Shown here: positions 1-8,829 of the stretch, one piece after another
How the letters are laid out: every line of letters starts with the position of its first letter
Numbering within the stretch: position 1 is the first letter of the stretch
Assembly (NCBI GenBank): GCA_012727435.1
Contig: JAAYHB010000021.1
Span: 247,918 to 311,917 of the forward strand
DNA length: 64,000 nucleotides
Source: Clostridiales bacterium
GTDB lineage: Bacteria; Bacillota; Clostridia; Oscillospirales; CAG-272
Direction of reading: 5' to 3'
Notes under the pieces: model-generated
What the model was told of the DNA's origin: nothing
The model's database searches: none
Seen by the model: only the letters and a program-made list of their open reading frames with translations
Program-made: the position numbers and the translations under genes

Positions 1-668
1 CTAATCCGCTCAAATTCGCTGCCGCCTCCAACCAGCGTGATTTTCACGTCGGGAAAATCGTCATGAAGCCGCCCCGCAATCCGGCAGAGAAGCTGTGCGC
101 CAAGCGAGCAGTCGTGGTCCAGCCGGCTGACAAAAAGTATGCGCCGGGCCGGGTTTGCGGGGGGACCCTGCGGCGCAAAACGACGGGTGTCTATTCCGTT
201 GGGTATCACGGTAATATGCCCGGGATAGACGTCGCATTCGTCAATAAGAAGCTGCTTTATATCCTCGCTTACCGCAATGGTACGCTCTCCCCAGACAGAC
301 AGGCGGCGCAGCGCCGGGGTCATCTTAAAGAGCGCGTGGGCCGTGACCACAAATCCGCGGCCGAATTTCTTTGCATATTTTTGGCAGATGTATGCCGGCA
401 GCCGGCCGTGGGCATGTATAATGTCAAAACCGCCCTTCCTGAGCAGTCTTCTTATTGCAAAGCTTGACCGGAGCAGGTCCCAAATCCCGCGCGAGAAGCG
501 CGGCAGCATGACATGTTTCACATCCCCGGGCAGAGAGGCTGCCAATGCACCGCCGGGCGAAGCGACCGTTACCCTGTGGCCGAGCGCGACAAGCCCTGTC
601 GCCAGCTCGCACACATGAGTTTCAGCCCCGCCGTACTCAAGCGATGCAGCGCATAACAACACGTTCAT
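1..668 (-). CDS. glycosyltransferase family 4 (N-terminal part; 3' end runs off the window)
   Basis: The minus-strand frame is open from ATG (668..666) to the window edge, so it is absent from the ORF track. My translation starts MNVLLCAASLEYGGAETHVCELATGLVALGHRVTVASPGG, a GT-B/GT4-type N-terminus. The + strand ORFs at 63-802 are antisense shadows. Confidence 0.7.
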   Translation of the reverse strand, partial: MNVLLCAASLEYGGAETHVCELATGLVALGHRVTVASPGGALAASLPGDVKHVMLPRFSRGIWDLLRSSFAIRRLLRKGGFDIIHAHGRLPAYICQKYAKKFGRGFVVTAHALFKMTPALRRLSVWGERTIAVSEDIKQLLIDECDVYPGHITVIPNGIDTRRFAPQGPPANPARRILFVSRLDHDCSLGAQLLCRIAGRLHDDFPDVKITLVGGGSEFERI

Positions 669-761
669 GCCAACCCTCCCGACCGTTTTTTAACTCCCAA
701 TCAATATTATGCCCCGGTTGGATTCCTAATCAGCAGCTTTGGATTGTTTTTCTTTTCTTTG

Positions 762-793
762 GTTCATTTCTTTGTGCGAACAAAGAAATGAAC
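762..793. promoter_or_regulatory. perfect 14-bp inverted repeat (candidate operator or hairpin) upstream of the GT4 gene
   Basis: GTTCATTTCTTTGT-gcga-ACAAAGAAATGAAC read directly, about 95 nt upstream of the ATG at 668. Confidence 0.35.
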
Positions 794-832
794 AAGAATT
801 AGAAGTTAAAAATATCAAAGCTATATAATAAA

Positions 833-862
833 GCAAGAAGCCCCCGTCCGAGGGCTTCTTGC
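833..862 (-). terminator. rho-independent terminator of the 894..2843 gene
   Basis: 11-bp stem GCAAGAAGCCC/GGGCTTCTTGC with an 8-nt loop. It is followed on the minus strand by TTTATTATAT and lies 30 nt past the stop codon. Confidence 0.65.
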
Positions 863-893
863 TTATGTAAACTTAACCTGAGAAGTTGAGGCT

Positions 894-2843
894 TCAAAGC
901 CTCATTTTCCCGCTGTACTCAAGCAGCTTGATAAACAACCCGCCTATGACCGAGCGGTTGCGGAAGCTTTTCTCGATGATTTCACTGCTACCGTATCTGT
1001 CGGGCACTCCCTTTTTGCTGTTATAGGCCTTGTGTAACCCGGTATGTGCCCAGTACCAGTCTGTCATGGGCACGCGGGAGGGGGTGTAGTTATACATATT
1101 CCAGAGCGGGGCAATCATATCCTCAAAGGTCGCGCGGTCATAGGCCAGCGTGGCGGTCCAGACCAGCCAGTCGGCCTTTGTGTAAGCCTCACGGTTGTCG
1201 AGCGGCAGGCCGTAAGGCAGGGTTTTTGCGCGATAGGAGTCAACCTCCGACCGGTAGAATTCTGGGGGCATTATGTTTGTCCCGAAGAGCTTATCCCAGA
1301 CAATGTTATACTTCATCGAAAAGCTGCCCGGTTTATCGAAGGCGAGGCGGTAGCTGCCGTCGCCGTTTGCGGCGCGCTCAAGCCAGCTTTTTGCCATGTC
1401 ACGCGCAATCCTGTCGTAATGCTCAGCGTCCTCCTCCCGCCCGCTCATGCGGCAGAGAATCGCCATGCTTTCAATACCCATAATTGCCTTGAGCGACAGG
1501 TTGCAGTTGTGCGCCAGATGTCCGGCGAAATCGTCGGTGCAGAGCTGGTTTGCGGGGTCGTACCCGTTGTTAATAAGGTGTTTCACCCATTTTTCAAGCA
1601 TATCCATGTGCGAGGCGGCAAAGGAGACGTCCCGCAAGGCAATTGCAACCGCGGCCTCCATTATGAGCATATTGCCGCACTCCTCGACCGGCATCTGCTT
1701 TTCAAGCTTGTTGCCGCCGTATACCTGCCCGTTGACCTTGGGATAGCGGCCGGCATCATGCGGCGCAAAATCATATGGCCACTCGGGCGAGGAGGCATAA
1801 CGGTAAATCGGGCGCATCATGCCGCGCACCAGCTCGGGATTGTAGAGCAGAAAAACCGGGATTGAGGGATAGCTGACGTCGACGGTGGCGGCACAGCCGT
1901 TTGAGTAGCACTCCTTAGAAATAAAGAGCACTTCTCCGTCCTCGCCGGCCACAAGCTTGTGTGCGTTGACCGCTTGCCGAAAGGCAAGCAAAAGCAGCTC
2001 GGCGTATTTTTCACCACCGGCGTAGACCGCATCAATGAACATACGTTCGGAGAAGGCGCGGCAGCGGGAATAAACCGACCTGTACTCGGCGTGTGCGGCT
2101 TCAATTGCCTCCCGGATTGTCATACCCGACCGGCGCCACCAGGCAGGCAGTTGCCGGCCGAAGTATTCAATGCTGCGAATATCGTCATACGCAAAGCTGA
2201 AAAGCGCGGGGGTGTCAAGCGGCGCTTCAGAATAAATATAAGTCATCCCGTCCCGCACTTCGCTGCCGGCACTGGCACCTTCGGCGCTCAGATATACATA
2301 TCCCCAGTCGATGCGGATATCGTCGCCCTGATGTCCGAGCACATTCTGAACCGAATTGCCCATCTTCATTGAGACAATATTGCCGGACTCAAGCCGCTCA
2401 ACCGTGACGGGTGACTGCCCCGCGTGGTCAAGACAAAGCTGCTCCGACACCATAATGCGTGCGCTGACCTTGTGCCTCGAGCCGTCGCTCGACTCTGCCG
2501 ACAGATCAAGGTATGTAACCGGCCGGCTCATCAAATCAAGGTCGTCAAGCAGCAGCGGAGAGGTAAAGACTGCGCGGAGGATAATCCCTGCGCCCTCGAA
2601 GGTATAATAAGTCGAGAGCGCGCCGACATCAAGCGCGGTCTGGGTGAGCGCCGGGCAACGGCAGGAAGCCTCACTGCCCATGAAACGATAGGAAATACCG
2701 TCGACAGTCACAATTCCGAGAATAGCATTGGTATGCCCGGTCCAGTGGACGGTGTCGCGGTCATAAAGTCGGTCGGCATCCGACCAGACAGAAAAATACG
2801 GGTCAATATTGATAAGCGGAACAGCAGGGGGTCTCAACAACAT
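894..2843 (-). CDS. glutaminase-A-like / DUF4965-family protein (glycosidase-like)
   Basis: 649-aa ORF with a GGAGG RBS 7 nt upstream. The N-terminus LLRPPAVPLINIDPYFSVWS and the overall length recall the DUF4965/DUF1793 glutaminase family. Assigned from memory, not searched. Confidence 0.65.
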   Translation of the reverse strand: MLLRPPAVPLINIDPYFSVWSDADRLYDRDTVHWTGHTNAILGIVTVDGISYRFMGSEASCRCPALTQTALDVGALSTYYTFEGAGIILRAVFTSPLLLDDLDLMSRPVTYLDLSAESSDGSRHKVSARIMVSEQLCLDHAGQSPVTVERLESGNIVSMKMGNSVQNVLGHQGDDIRIDWGYVYLSAEGASAGSEVRDGMTYIYSEAPLDTPALFSFAYDDIRSIEYFGRQLPAWWRRSGMTIREAIEAAHAEYRSVYSRCRAFSERMFIDAVYAGGEKYAELLLLAFRQAVNAHKLVAGEDGEVLFISKECYSNGCAATVDVSYPSIPVFLLYNPELVRGMMRPIYRYASSPEWPYDFAPHDAGRYPKVNGQVYGGNKLEKQMPVEECGNMLIMEAAVAIALRDVSFAASHMDMLEKWVKHLINNGYDPANQLCTDDFAGHLAHNCNLSLKAIMGIESMAILCRMSGREEDAEHYDRIARDMAKSWLERAANGDGSYRLAFDKPGSFSMKYNIVWDKLFGTNIMPPEFYRSEVDSYRAKTLPYGLPLDNREAYTKADWLVWTATLAYDRATFEDMIAPLWNMYNYTPSRVPMTDWYWAHTGLHKAYNSKKGVPDRYGSSEIIEKSFRNRSVIGGLFIKLLEYSGKMRL

Positions 2844-2884
2844 TTAAAACCTCCGGTATTTTGTTGACTTTGCTTACAGCAATA

Positions 2885-3505
2885 CTAAACGCCTTCAGCG
2901 GTGGTCTCGGAAGTCAATTTTGCATAGGTTTCGGGGACTTCGTATTTTATTGATTCATAAAAAGCGGTTTGGGCAGCCTGCATATAAGGGCCTACATAAC
3001 AGATATAAAGGATCCCGAAGGTGAGTAGGGAAAGGATCAACCAGCCGATAAAGCTGAGGTGCAGACAGAACAGCTTACCCTTTTTACCACGCATGAGCTT
3101 TTTGCTGGCGTCAAGAGCTGCTTTGCCGTCCATTTCTGGATTGTCGGCAAGGATGTAGGGTGCCATTGAATAAGAATATGACGCAACAATGCCGGGGATG
3201 ACGAAAAGCAGAGACCAGAGAAAAACGAAAATGTTGTAAAGAAGGCCCATGATAAGATGGTTTCCGAAATTGCTGTCAAATGTGCGGAACAGGTCATTGA
3301 ATTCGATTTTGTCGCGGCGGAACAACCCGATAAAAGCGGTCGACACACCGACCATAATCGGGCCCCACAAAATAAGTATACCTACAAAAAATGAGGATGC
3401 GGCGCCGAGAATTATTGAGCTTACAAAGAACACAAGGATCGACATGCCCAGGTTTCCGGTCAGCTTGGCTCTGGCCTCGCTTCGGTATTCGCTTGCAGTC
3501 TTCAT
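2885..3505 (-). CDS. DUF975-like integral membrane protein
   Basis: 206-aa ORF with an AAGGAGG RBS. It has multiple hydrophobic helices, and the N-terminus MKTASEYRSEARAKLTGNLG is typical of DUF975 proteins. Confidence 0.6.
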   Translation of the reverse strand: MKTASEYRSEARAKLTGNLGMSILVFFVSSIILGAASSFFVGILILWGPIMVGVSTAFIGLFRRDKIEFNDLFRTFDSNFGNHLIMGLLYNIFVFLWSLLFVIPGIVASYSYSMAPYILADNPEMDGKAALDASKKLMRGKKGKLFCLHLSFIGWLILSLLTFGILYICYVGPYMQAAQTAFYESIKYEVPETYAKLTSETTAEGV

Positions 3506-3665
3506 AAGAAGTCCTCCTTAAAAAAATATAAATAATTTTAAAGCGGCTCTAGATAGGTGAGTGTGAAAAAATGCAGTTTTGGTTTTTAGGTAAGATATAT
3601 CGGACTCGCTTTACCGGTTCTGGACTAAACGCACCGCTGCCGAGGCAAACATACTCCGGCAAAAA

Positions 3666-4355
3666 TCAGTAGACCTCCGGAGCCGAGAACATCGAGAGAA
3701 AATTGTCGATATACTGAAGCACGTCAGGCAAAAACTTGAAAACCAAAATCACCGAGACTAAAGACAGTACCAGCACCGCAAAAAAAGTCAGCCAGTTGGT
3801 TCCCTTCTTTTCAAATTTTATGTCTGCCATATATTTAAGTTGCTCGGGAATGTAAAAATGAGCGGTGTCGGGCTTGATTTTGTACTCGGTCTCGCGAAAT
3901 TTCGGCTTTTTTCTTTTATTATCATTGCCAGTTGCTTCGTATTCGGCGCGCTTCCGCTCAAGGGCGCTCAAATACTCGTCTTCTTCGACACAGCGGACCA
4001 CTCTGCGGAGGGTAACCCCGTGTCTGAGGCTGCTGCGAACCGCCGGATTTTTTTGATATCCGAGTTCGGAGAGGGTTTTGGCGCTTTCTGCTGAAAAGCA
4101 CTCATTTGATATGAGGGCACGCACGAAATCGCCGAGCACCCTTTTGTAAAAAATCGAAATAAGGGCGGCGATATTGACGCCTACAAAAAAACCGAAAAAA
4201 AGCAAACGAAAGGATGTTGCAGCCTGCGCATCAAAGGTAATATGCTGATACTCTCTGAGCTCGATTGAAAAAAGCTCTTCTTTGATAACTTCAAACAGCA
4301 GCCTGAAAAAAGATATGCCCTCATCATCGGCGGTCATCAGGAAAAGCCGAAGCAT
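3666..4355 (-). CDS. hypothetical membrane protein
   Basis: The ORF track gives 3666..4394. I prefer the ATG at 4355 because it has GGAAAGGAGG 7 nt upstream. There are two hydrophobic segments flanking a charged central region, and no recognisable family. Confidence 0.5.
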   Translation of the reverse strand: MLRLFLMTADDEGISFFRLLFEVIKEELFSIELREYQHITFDAQAATSFRLLFFGFFVGVNIAALISIFYKRVLGDFVRALISNECFSAESAKTLSELGYQKNPAVRSSLRHGVTLRRVVRCVEEDEYLSALERKRAEYEATGNDNKRKKPKFRETEYKIKPDTAHFYIPEQLKYMADIKFEKKGTNWLTFFAVLVLSLVSVILVFKFLPDVLQYIDNFLSMFSAPEVY

Positions 4356-4390
4356 AAAGCGCCTCCTTTCCGACTCTACTGTGAGTAGAG

Positions 4391-5668
4391 TCACCTGATT
4401 ACGTCAAATCCGAGGTGTTTCTGAAGCACCTCCGGTACCCTGACGCTTCCGTCAGCATTTTGGTTCTGCTCTACAATGGCCGGTAAAATACGGCTGGTCG
4501 CCAGCCCCGAGCCGTTCAGAGTATGGACATAATCAATTTTGCCGCTTTCACGCCGCACGCGCATCATGCCCCGCCGCGCCTGGTAGTCGCGCGCATTCGA
4601 GACAGAGCTGACCTCAATATATCCGTTCATGGACGGTATATAGATTTCTATATCATATGTGCGCGCCATCGAGTAACTGCAGTCTCCGGCGGCGAGCTTT
4701 ACTGTGCGGAAATGGAAACCAAGAAGCCTGACAAGATTTTCGGCATTTGAAACCAGTTCTTCAAAAGCCCGGTCGCTGTCCTCAGGCAGGGTGTACTGAA
4801 CCATTTCAACCTTGTTGAATTGGTGCCCGCGCACCATTCCCCGCTCGGTAGCCCGGTAGGAGCCGGCCTCGCGGCGGAAGCAGGGCGTGTAACTAATATA
4901 TTTTTTCGGCAGTTCTGACTCGGGGATTATTTCGTCGTAATGAAGCGAGACAAGCGCGGTCTCAGCGGTCGGCAGCATAAAGCGCCGGCGCTCGTCACCT
5001 TCGGCTTCCAGCCAGAAAACCTCATTCTTAAATTTTGGGAACTGCCCTGCTGTAAGACCGCATTCATAACCCAGCATATGAGGCACAAGGACGAGCTCAT
5101 AGCCGTTTTTCAGGTGAGTGTCGATAAAGAAGTTCAAAAGCGCCCACTCAAGACGGGCCCCTAACCCGCGATAAATCCAAAAACCGCTCCCGGAGAGCTT
5201 GGCGCCGCGCTTGTAATCAATAAGTCCGAGATCGGTGCAGAGGTCGACATGATTTTTTGGTTCAAAGTCGAATTTTGGCACCTCACCGAAGTAGCGCAGC
5301 GGCTGGTTGTTTTCCTTGCCGCCCGGCAACAGGTCGGGATCCGGTAGGTTAGGTAAAACTAACATACTGGAGCTAAAACGTTCTTCAACGTAGCGGAGCT
5401 TCTCCTCGTTTTTCTTTATTGAGTCGGACAGCTCCTTCATTTTCCTCAGTACCGGGGAAATGTCAATGCCTTCCTTTTTGTATTGAGGGATTAATTTTGT
5501 CATGCGGTTTTGCTCGGCCTTGAATGCATCGGTCTCGCTTATCAGGGTGCGACGCTCGCGGTCGAGGCTTAAAATGTTCTCAACATCTGCTGTGGCATCA
5601 TAGCCCTTTGCTGCAAGTCTTTTTACAACTTCGTCGGGGTTTTCTCTGATGTACTTGATATCAATCAT
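4391..5668 (-). CDS. serS: serine--tRNA ligase
   Basis: Start trimmed to MIDIKYIRENPDEV, the canonical SerRS N-terminus. Coiled-coil arm plus class II core (GSGFWIYRGLGARLEWALLNF, TLNGSGLA). Confidence 0.95.
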   Translation of the reverse strand: MIDIKYIRENPDEVVKRLAAKGYDATADVENILSLDRERRTLISETDAFKAEQNRMTKLIPQYKKEGIDISPVLRKMKELSDSIKKNEEKLRYVEERFSSSMLVLPNLPDPDLLPGGKENNQPLRYFGEVPKFDFEPKNHVDLCTDLGLIDYKRGAKLSGSGFWIYRGLGARLEWALLNFFIDTHLKNGYELVLVPHMLGYECGLTAGQFPKFKNEVFWLEAEGDERRRFMLPTAETALVSLHYDEIIPESELPKKYISYTPCFRREAGSYRATERGMVRGHQFNKVEMVQYTLPEDSDRAFEELVSNAENLVRLLGFHFRTVKLAAGDCSYSMARTYDIEIYIPSMNGYIEVSSVSNARDYQARRGMMRVRRESGKIDYVHTLNGSGLATSRILPAIVEQNQNADGSVRVPEVLQKHLGFDVIR

Positions 5669-5695
5669 TTTTTTTGGAGTCCTTTCAAGATACAA

Positions 5696-6613
5696 TTATA
5701 TGGAATTATTGGAAAATAATGATTCGCCGCATAGACGGGTGAGCAGAATTTCAAGATCTTCATCGCTGTCATATGAAAGCTCGAGCACCTTTTTCTTAGG
5801 GGAGCAGGAAATTTTTACCCGGCGCCCGAGTGTCTGCATGACCCGCCGCTCAAGTTCTTTCATATAGATTTTGCGTTGATTAACACCTTCAAGTAACAGT
5901 TTTTCGTCCTCGTCGCCCTCATCCGGCGAGGACGAGAGCGCATTCATTCTTTTAATAAGCAATTCGACCTCGCGGACAGACATCTGCTTTGCGATAATCT
6001 TTTTTGCAAGACTTATGAGGGATTGTTTGTCATTAAGACCTAAAAGCGCACGTGCATGCCCCGCAGAAAGCTCACCTGAACGAAGAAGATCTAGTACTTC
6101 TTCAGGAAGGTCGAGCAGCCGCAGAGTGTTGGTAATGGCAGAGCGGCTCTTCCCTACCTTGCTTGCTACCTGCTCCTGTGTCAGACCAAACCTTTCGATA
6201 AGGTCCATATATGCACAGGCTTCTTCAACAGGGTTGAGGTCCTCGCGCTGAAGATTCTCTATAAGCGAAATCTGAGCCATCAGAAGTTCGTCGCCTGTGA
6301 GCACGATTGCAGGGATTTCGGTAAGACCTGCCATCCTGGCGGCTCTCCAGCGCCGCTCACCTGCAATTATCTCGTATGTTCCGGGGAAAGAAAGATTCTC
6401 ATGCACAATAATTGGCTGAAGTACGCCGCAACTTGCAATAGAAGCTGCAAGTGACTCAAGCGACTCGCGGTCAAAATTTTTGCGCGGCTGGTTTTTGCGC
6501 GGCTCGATGTCAGAGATTTTAAGCATTATCCCGGCACTTTTTTTGTTTTCGATGAAATTATCATCAAATAAGGAATATAAATCACGGCCGAGCCCAGATT
6601 GCTTTTTTGACAT
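5696..6613 (-). CDS. parB: chromosome partitioning protein ParB/Spo0J
   Basis: ParB box motifs PRKNQPRKNFD, GVLQPIIV and YEIIAGERRWRAARMAGL, plus an HTH. AAGGAGG RBS. Confidence 0.9.
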   Translation of the reverse strand: MSKKQSGLGRDLYSLFDDNFIENKKSAGIMLKISDIEPRKNQPRKNFDRESLESLAASIASCGVLQPIIVHENLSFPGTYEIIAGERRWRAARMAGLTEIPAIVLTGDELLMAQISLIENLQREDLNPVEEACAYMDLIERFGLTQEQVASKVGKSRSAITNTLRLLDLPEEVLDLLRSGELSAGHARALLGLNDKQSLISLAKKIIAKQMSVREVELLIKRMNALSSSPDEGDEDEKLLLEGVNQRKIYMKELERRVMQTLGRRVKISCSPKKKVLELSYDSDEDLEILLTRLCGESLFSNNSI

Positions 6614-6774
6614 ATCAACCTCCTTTTAAAGCCAGAGGGCAAATTAAATATCATTTGCACCGATAAAACGGGAAATATTACAAAATAATAAGAAATCAGG
6701 CGAGTAGCAGGGCAACTAAAAAACAATCAGCATAGCATTTGGTTGAAGCTCATAAGAATGAAACACTTCCCTAT

Positions 6775-7536
6775 TTATATCCGTGCTGCCAGCTCCTTTG
6801 CAACTTCAAGATATTCGGCCGCACCCTTGCTGCTTTTATCATGATAATAAACAGGCATGCCAAACCCAGGGGCCTCGGATAGCTTTACATTTCGAGAGAT
6901 GGTTGTTTTGAAAAGCTTGTCCTGATAATGCTTGTTGAGCTCAGCTAAAACCTGCATAGAAAGGAGCAGGCGCTTATTGTACATGGTGACAAGTATTCCG
7001 ATGACAGTAAGCTTGCTGTTATATAAATTTTTTATCCGGCTTACGGTTATCATAAGCTGAGAAAGTCCTTCAAGGGCGTAGAATTCACACTGCATGGGGA
7101 TGATTACGCCGTCGCTTGCAGATAGAGCATTTATTGTAAGCATGCCCAAAGACGGCGGGCAATCTATAATTATGTAGTCATAATAGTCTTTAACATTCAG
7201 AAGGGCTTTTTTTAGTTCAATATGGCTGTCCTCTTCATCAAAAAGTTGGAATTCAACGCCGGCAAGAGAAATAATTGAAGGGACGACATAGAGATTTTGA
7301 AATCTGGTTTTAATAATGACATCTTGTATATCAGAGCCTCCGACAAGAAGGTCCTGGACAGAATATTTAAGGCTCTTTTTTGATATGCCGACACCGCTGG
7401 TTGAGTTGCCTTGGGGATCAAGATCGACAAGGAGGACATTATAACCAAGAATTCCAAGAGAGGCAGCAATATTTACGGCAGAAGTGGTTTTTCCGACGCC
7501 GCCCTTCTGGTTTGCAAAAGATATTATTTTGCCCAT
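6775..7536 (-). CDS. parA: chromosome partitioning ATPase ParA/Soj
   Basis: Start trimmed to MGKIISFANQKGGVGKTT (deviant Walker A). Sits immediately upstream of parB. Confidence 0.9.
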   Translation of the reverse strand: MGKIISFANQKGGVGKTTSAVNIAASLGILGYNVLLVDLDPQGNSTSGVGISKKSLKYSVQDLLVGGSDIQDVIIKTRFQNLYVVPSIISLAGVEFQLFDEEDSHIELKKALLNVKDYYDYIIIDCPPSLGMLTINALSASDGVIIPMQCEFYALEGLSQLMITVSRIKNLYNSKLTVIGILVTMYNKRLLLSMQVLAELNKHYQDKLFKTTISRNVKLSEAPGFGMPVYYHDKSSKGAAEYLEVAKELAARI

Positions 7537-7570
7537 GACACGCCCCCAAAACAAAAATTAATTTATAAAT

Positions 7571-7599
7571 ATTATACCACATTTACATTGACTTAGCAA
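7571..7599 (-). promoter_or_regulatory. sigma-A type promoter for parA-parB
   Basis: On the minus strand: TTGCTA (7599..7594), a 17-nt spacer, then TATAAT (7576..7571) preceded by TGG (extended -10). Confidence 0.5.
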
Positions 7600-7616
7600 T
7601 AAGAATTTAAAAAATA

Positions 7617-7632
7617 TGTTTCACGTGAAACG
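7617..7632. promoter_or_regulatory. parS: parS site 1
   Basis: TGTTTCACGTGAAACG matches the Firmicute parS consensus TGTTNCACGTGAAACA at 15/16 positions. Confidence 0.8.
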
Positions 7633-7662
7633 CAGAAAAATGTACGAAACTTGCATGTATAA

Positions 7663-7678
7663 TGTTTCGCGTGAAACA
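7663..7678. promoter_or_regulatory. parS: parS site 2
   Basis: TGTTTCGCGTGAAACA matches the parS consensus at 15/16 positions. Confidence 0.8.
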
Positions 7679-7699
7679 TGAAAACGCGGCCTGCAAAAA

Positions 7700-7715
7700 C
7701 GTTTCACGTGAATCA
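7700..7715. promoter_or_regulatory. parS: parS-like site 3
   Basis: CGTTTCACGTGAATCA matches the parS consensus at 14/16 positions. Confidence 0.6.
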
Positions 7716-7721
7716 AGAAAC

Positions 7722-8618
7722 TCATTTCTTATAAACAGATATCGTGACAATATATGCATCTTGGGTTTCCTCTGATTTGGTATCGACAGAAATTCCGGAT
7801 TTTCGAAGCAAAGCAGCGGCATTCTCAATTGTGTTTGTCAAAACACGAAGGTCTTTTACGATACCGGTTTGTTTTTTTGTTGTGTTTGGGCTGTTGCTCG
7901 CTTTATCGGAGTGGGTTGCATTATCGGATAAATATTGAAGAAAGTTGTCAACAAGCGTTTCGGTTGATGCTACATTAAGCTTGTCCTTAGCAATTAATTT
8001 AATAAACCGAATTCTTGAGGTAGCATCATGAATTCTGAGCAGGCTTCTTGCGTGACGTTCTGTCAACCCGTTGTCAAGTATTAGCTTTCGTTCTTCTGGT
8101 GTGAAGCGCAGCAATCTGAGTTTATTTGCGACTGCGGATTGGCTAAGTAAAACACGCGAAGCAACTTCCTCTTGAGTCAGATTGAATGTAGTTATCAGCA
8201 AATGAAAAGATTCGGCCTGTTCAAACATATTTAAATCATCGCGAAGCAGGTTTTCTATTATTGATAATTCAGCCGAATCGATATCGGTGGAGTTTATAAT
8301 ATTGCAAGGGACCGATGTAAGCCCGGCTATTATGGCAGCCCTAAGACGTCGCTCGCCGCAGATTATTTCATAGCTTGTATTTCCGTCGTTGTTGACGGCT
8401 CGGACAGTAATCGGCTGAAGGATTCCATAACGTTTAATAGAGTCTGCCAAACGGAGCAGAGAGACAGAGTCGAAATTTCTTCTGGGCTGATATCGGTTTG
8501 GAGATATTAAATCCACAGAAATCATGTTAATTTTTGCATCACGATATTCATATGAAGGTGTATTAGTAACAACCGAAGCATCAGCGCCTCGCCTTTTTGT
8601 AAGTATTGGCAGTTGCAT
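7722..8618 (-). CDS. ParB/Noc-like paralogue
   Basis: ParB motifs ISPNRYQPRRNFD, GILQPITV and YEIICGERRLRAAIIAGL. It occupies the position upstream of parA that noc holds in Bacilli. GGAGGAAG RBS. Confidence 0.8.
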   Translation of the reverse strand: MQLPILTKRRGADASVVTNTPSYEYRDAKINMISVDLISPNRYQPRRNFDSVSLLRLADSIKRYGILQPITVRAVNNDGNTSYEIICGERRLRAAIIAGLTSVPCNIINSTDIDSAELSIIENLLRDDLNMFEQAESFHLLITTFNLTQEEVASRVLLSQSAVANKLRLLRFTPEERKLILDNGLTERHARSLLRIHDATSRIRFIKLIAKDKLNVASTETLVDNFLQYLSDNATHSDKASNSPNTTKKQTGIVKDLRVLTNTIENAAALLRKSGISVDTKSEETQDAYIVTISVYKK

Positions 8619-8799
8619 AAAGCTTCCTCCGTCTATTTCTTTTTATGGCGCAAGACATGGACAAGCTTTTGGAAAGCTCTAATATAATAGCATTAACAAA
8701 CAAAAAAAGCCGTCGAAGAGTCTGCGGTAAAAAAGGGTTGGTATGATAAAAAAATATTTGTAAATGCGTTTAACAGGCGGGAAATCCCAATAAAGGCTC

Positions 8800-8829
8800 A
8801 AAAAAACCGCTCATGAGAGCGGTTTTTTT
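8800..8829 (-). terminator. terminator overlapping the rsmG stop codon
   Basis: The stem ACCGCTC/GAGCGGT is extended by A6/T6 runs, giving AAAAAAACCGCTCatgaGAGCGGTTTTTTT. Confidence 0.55.
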
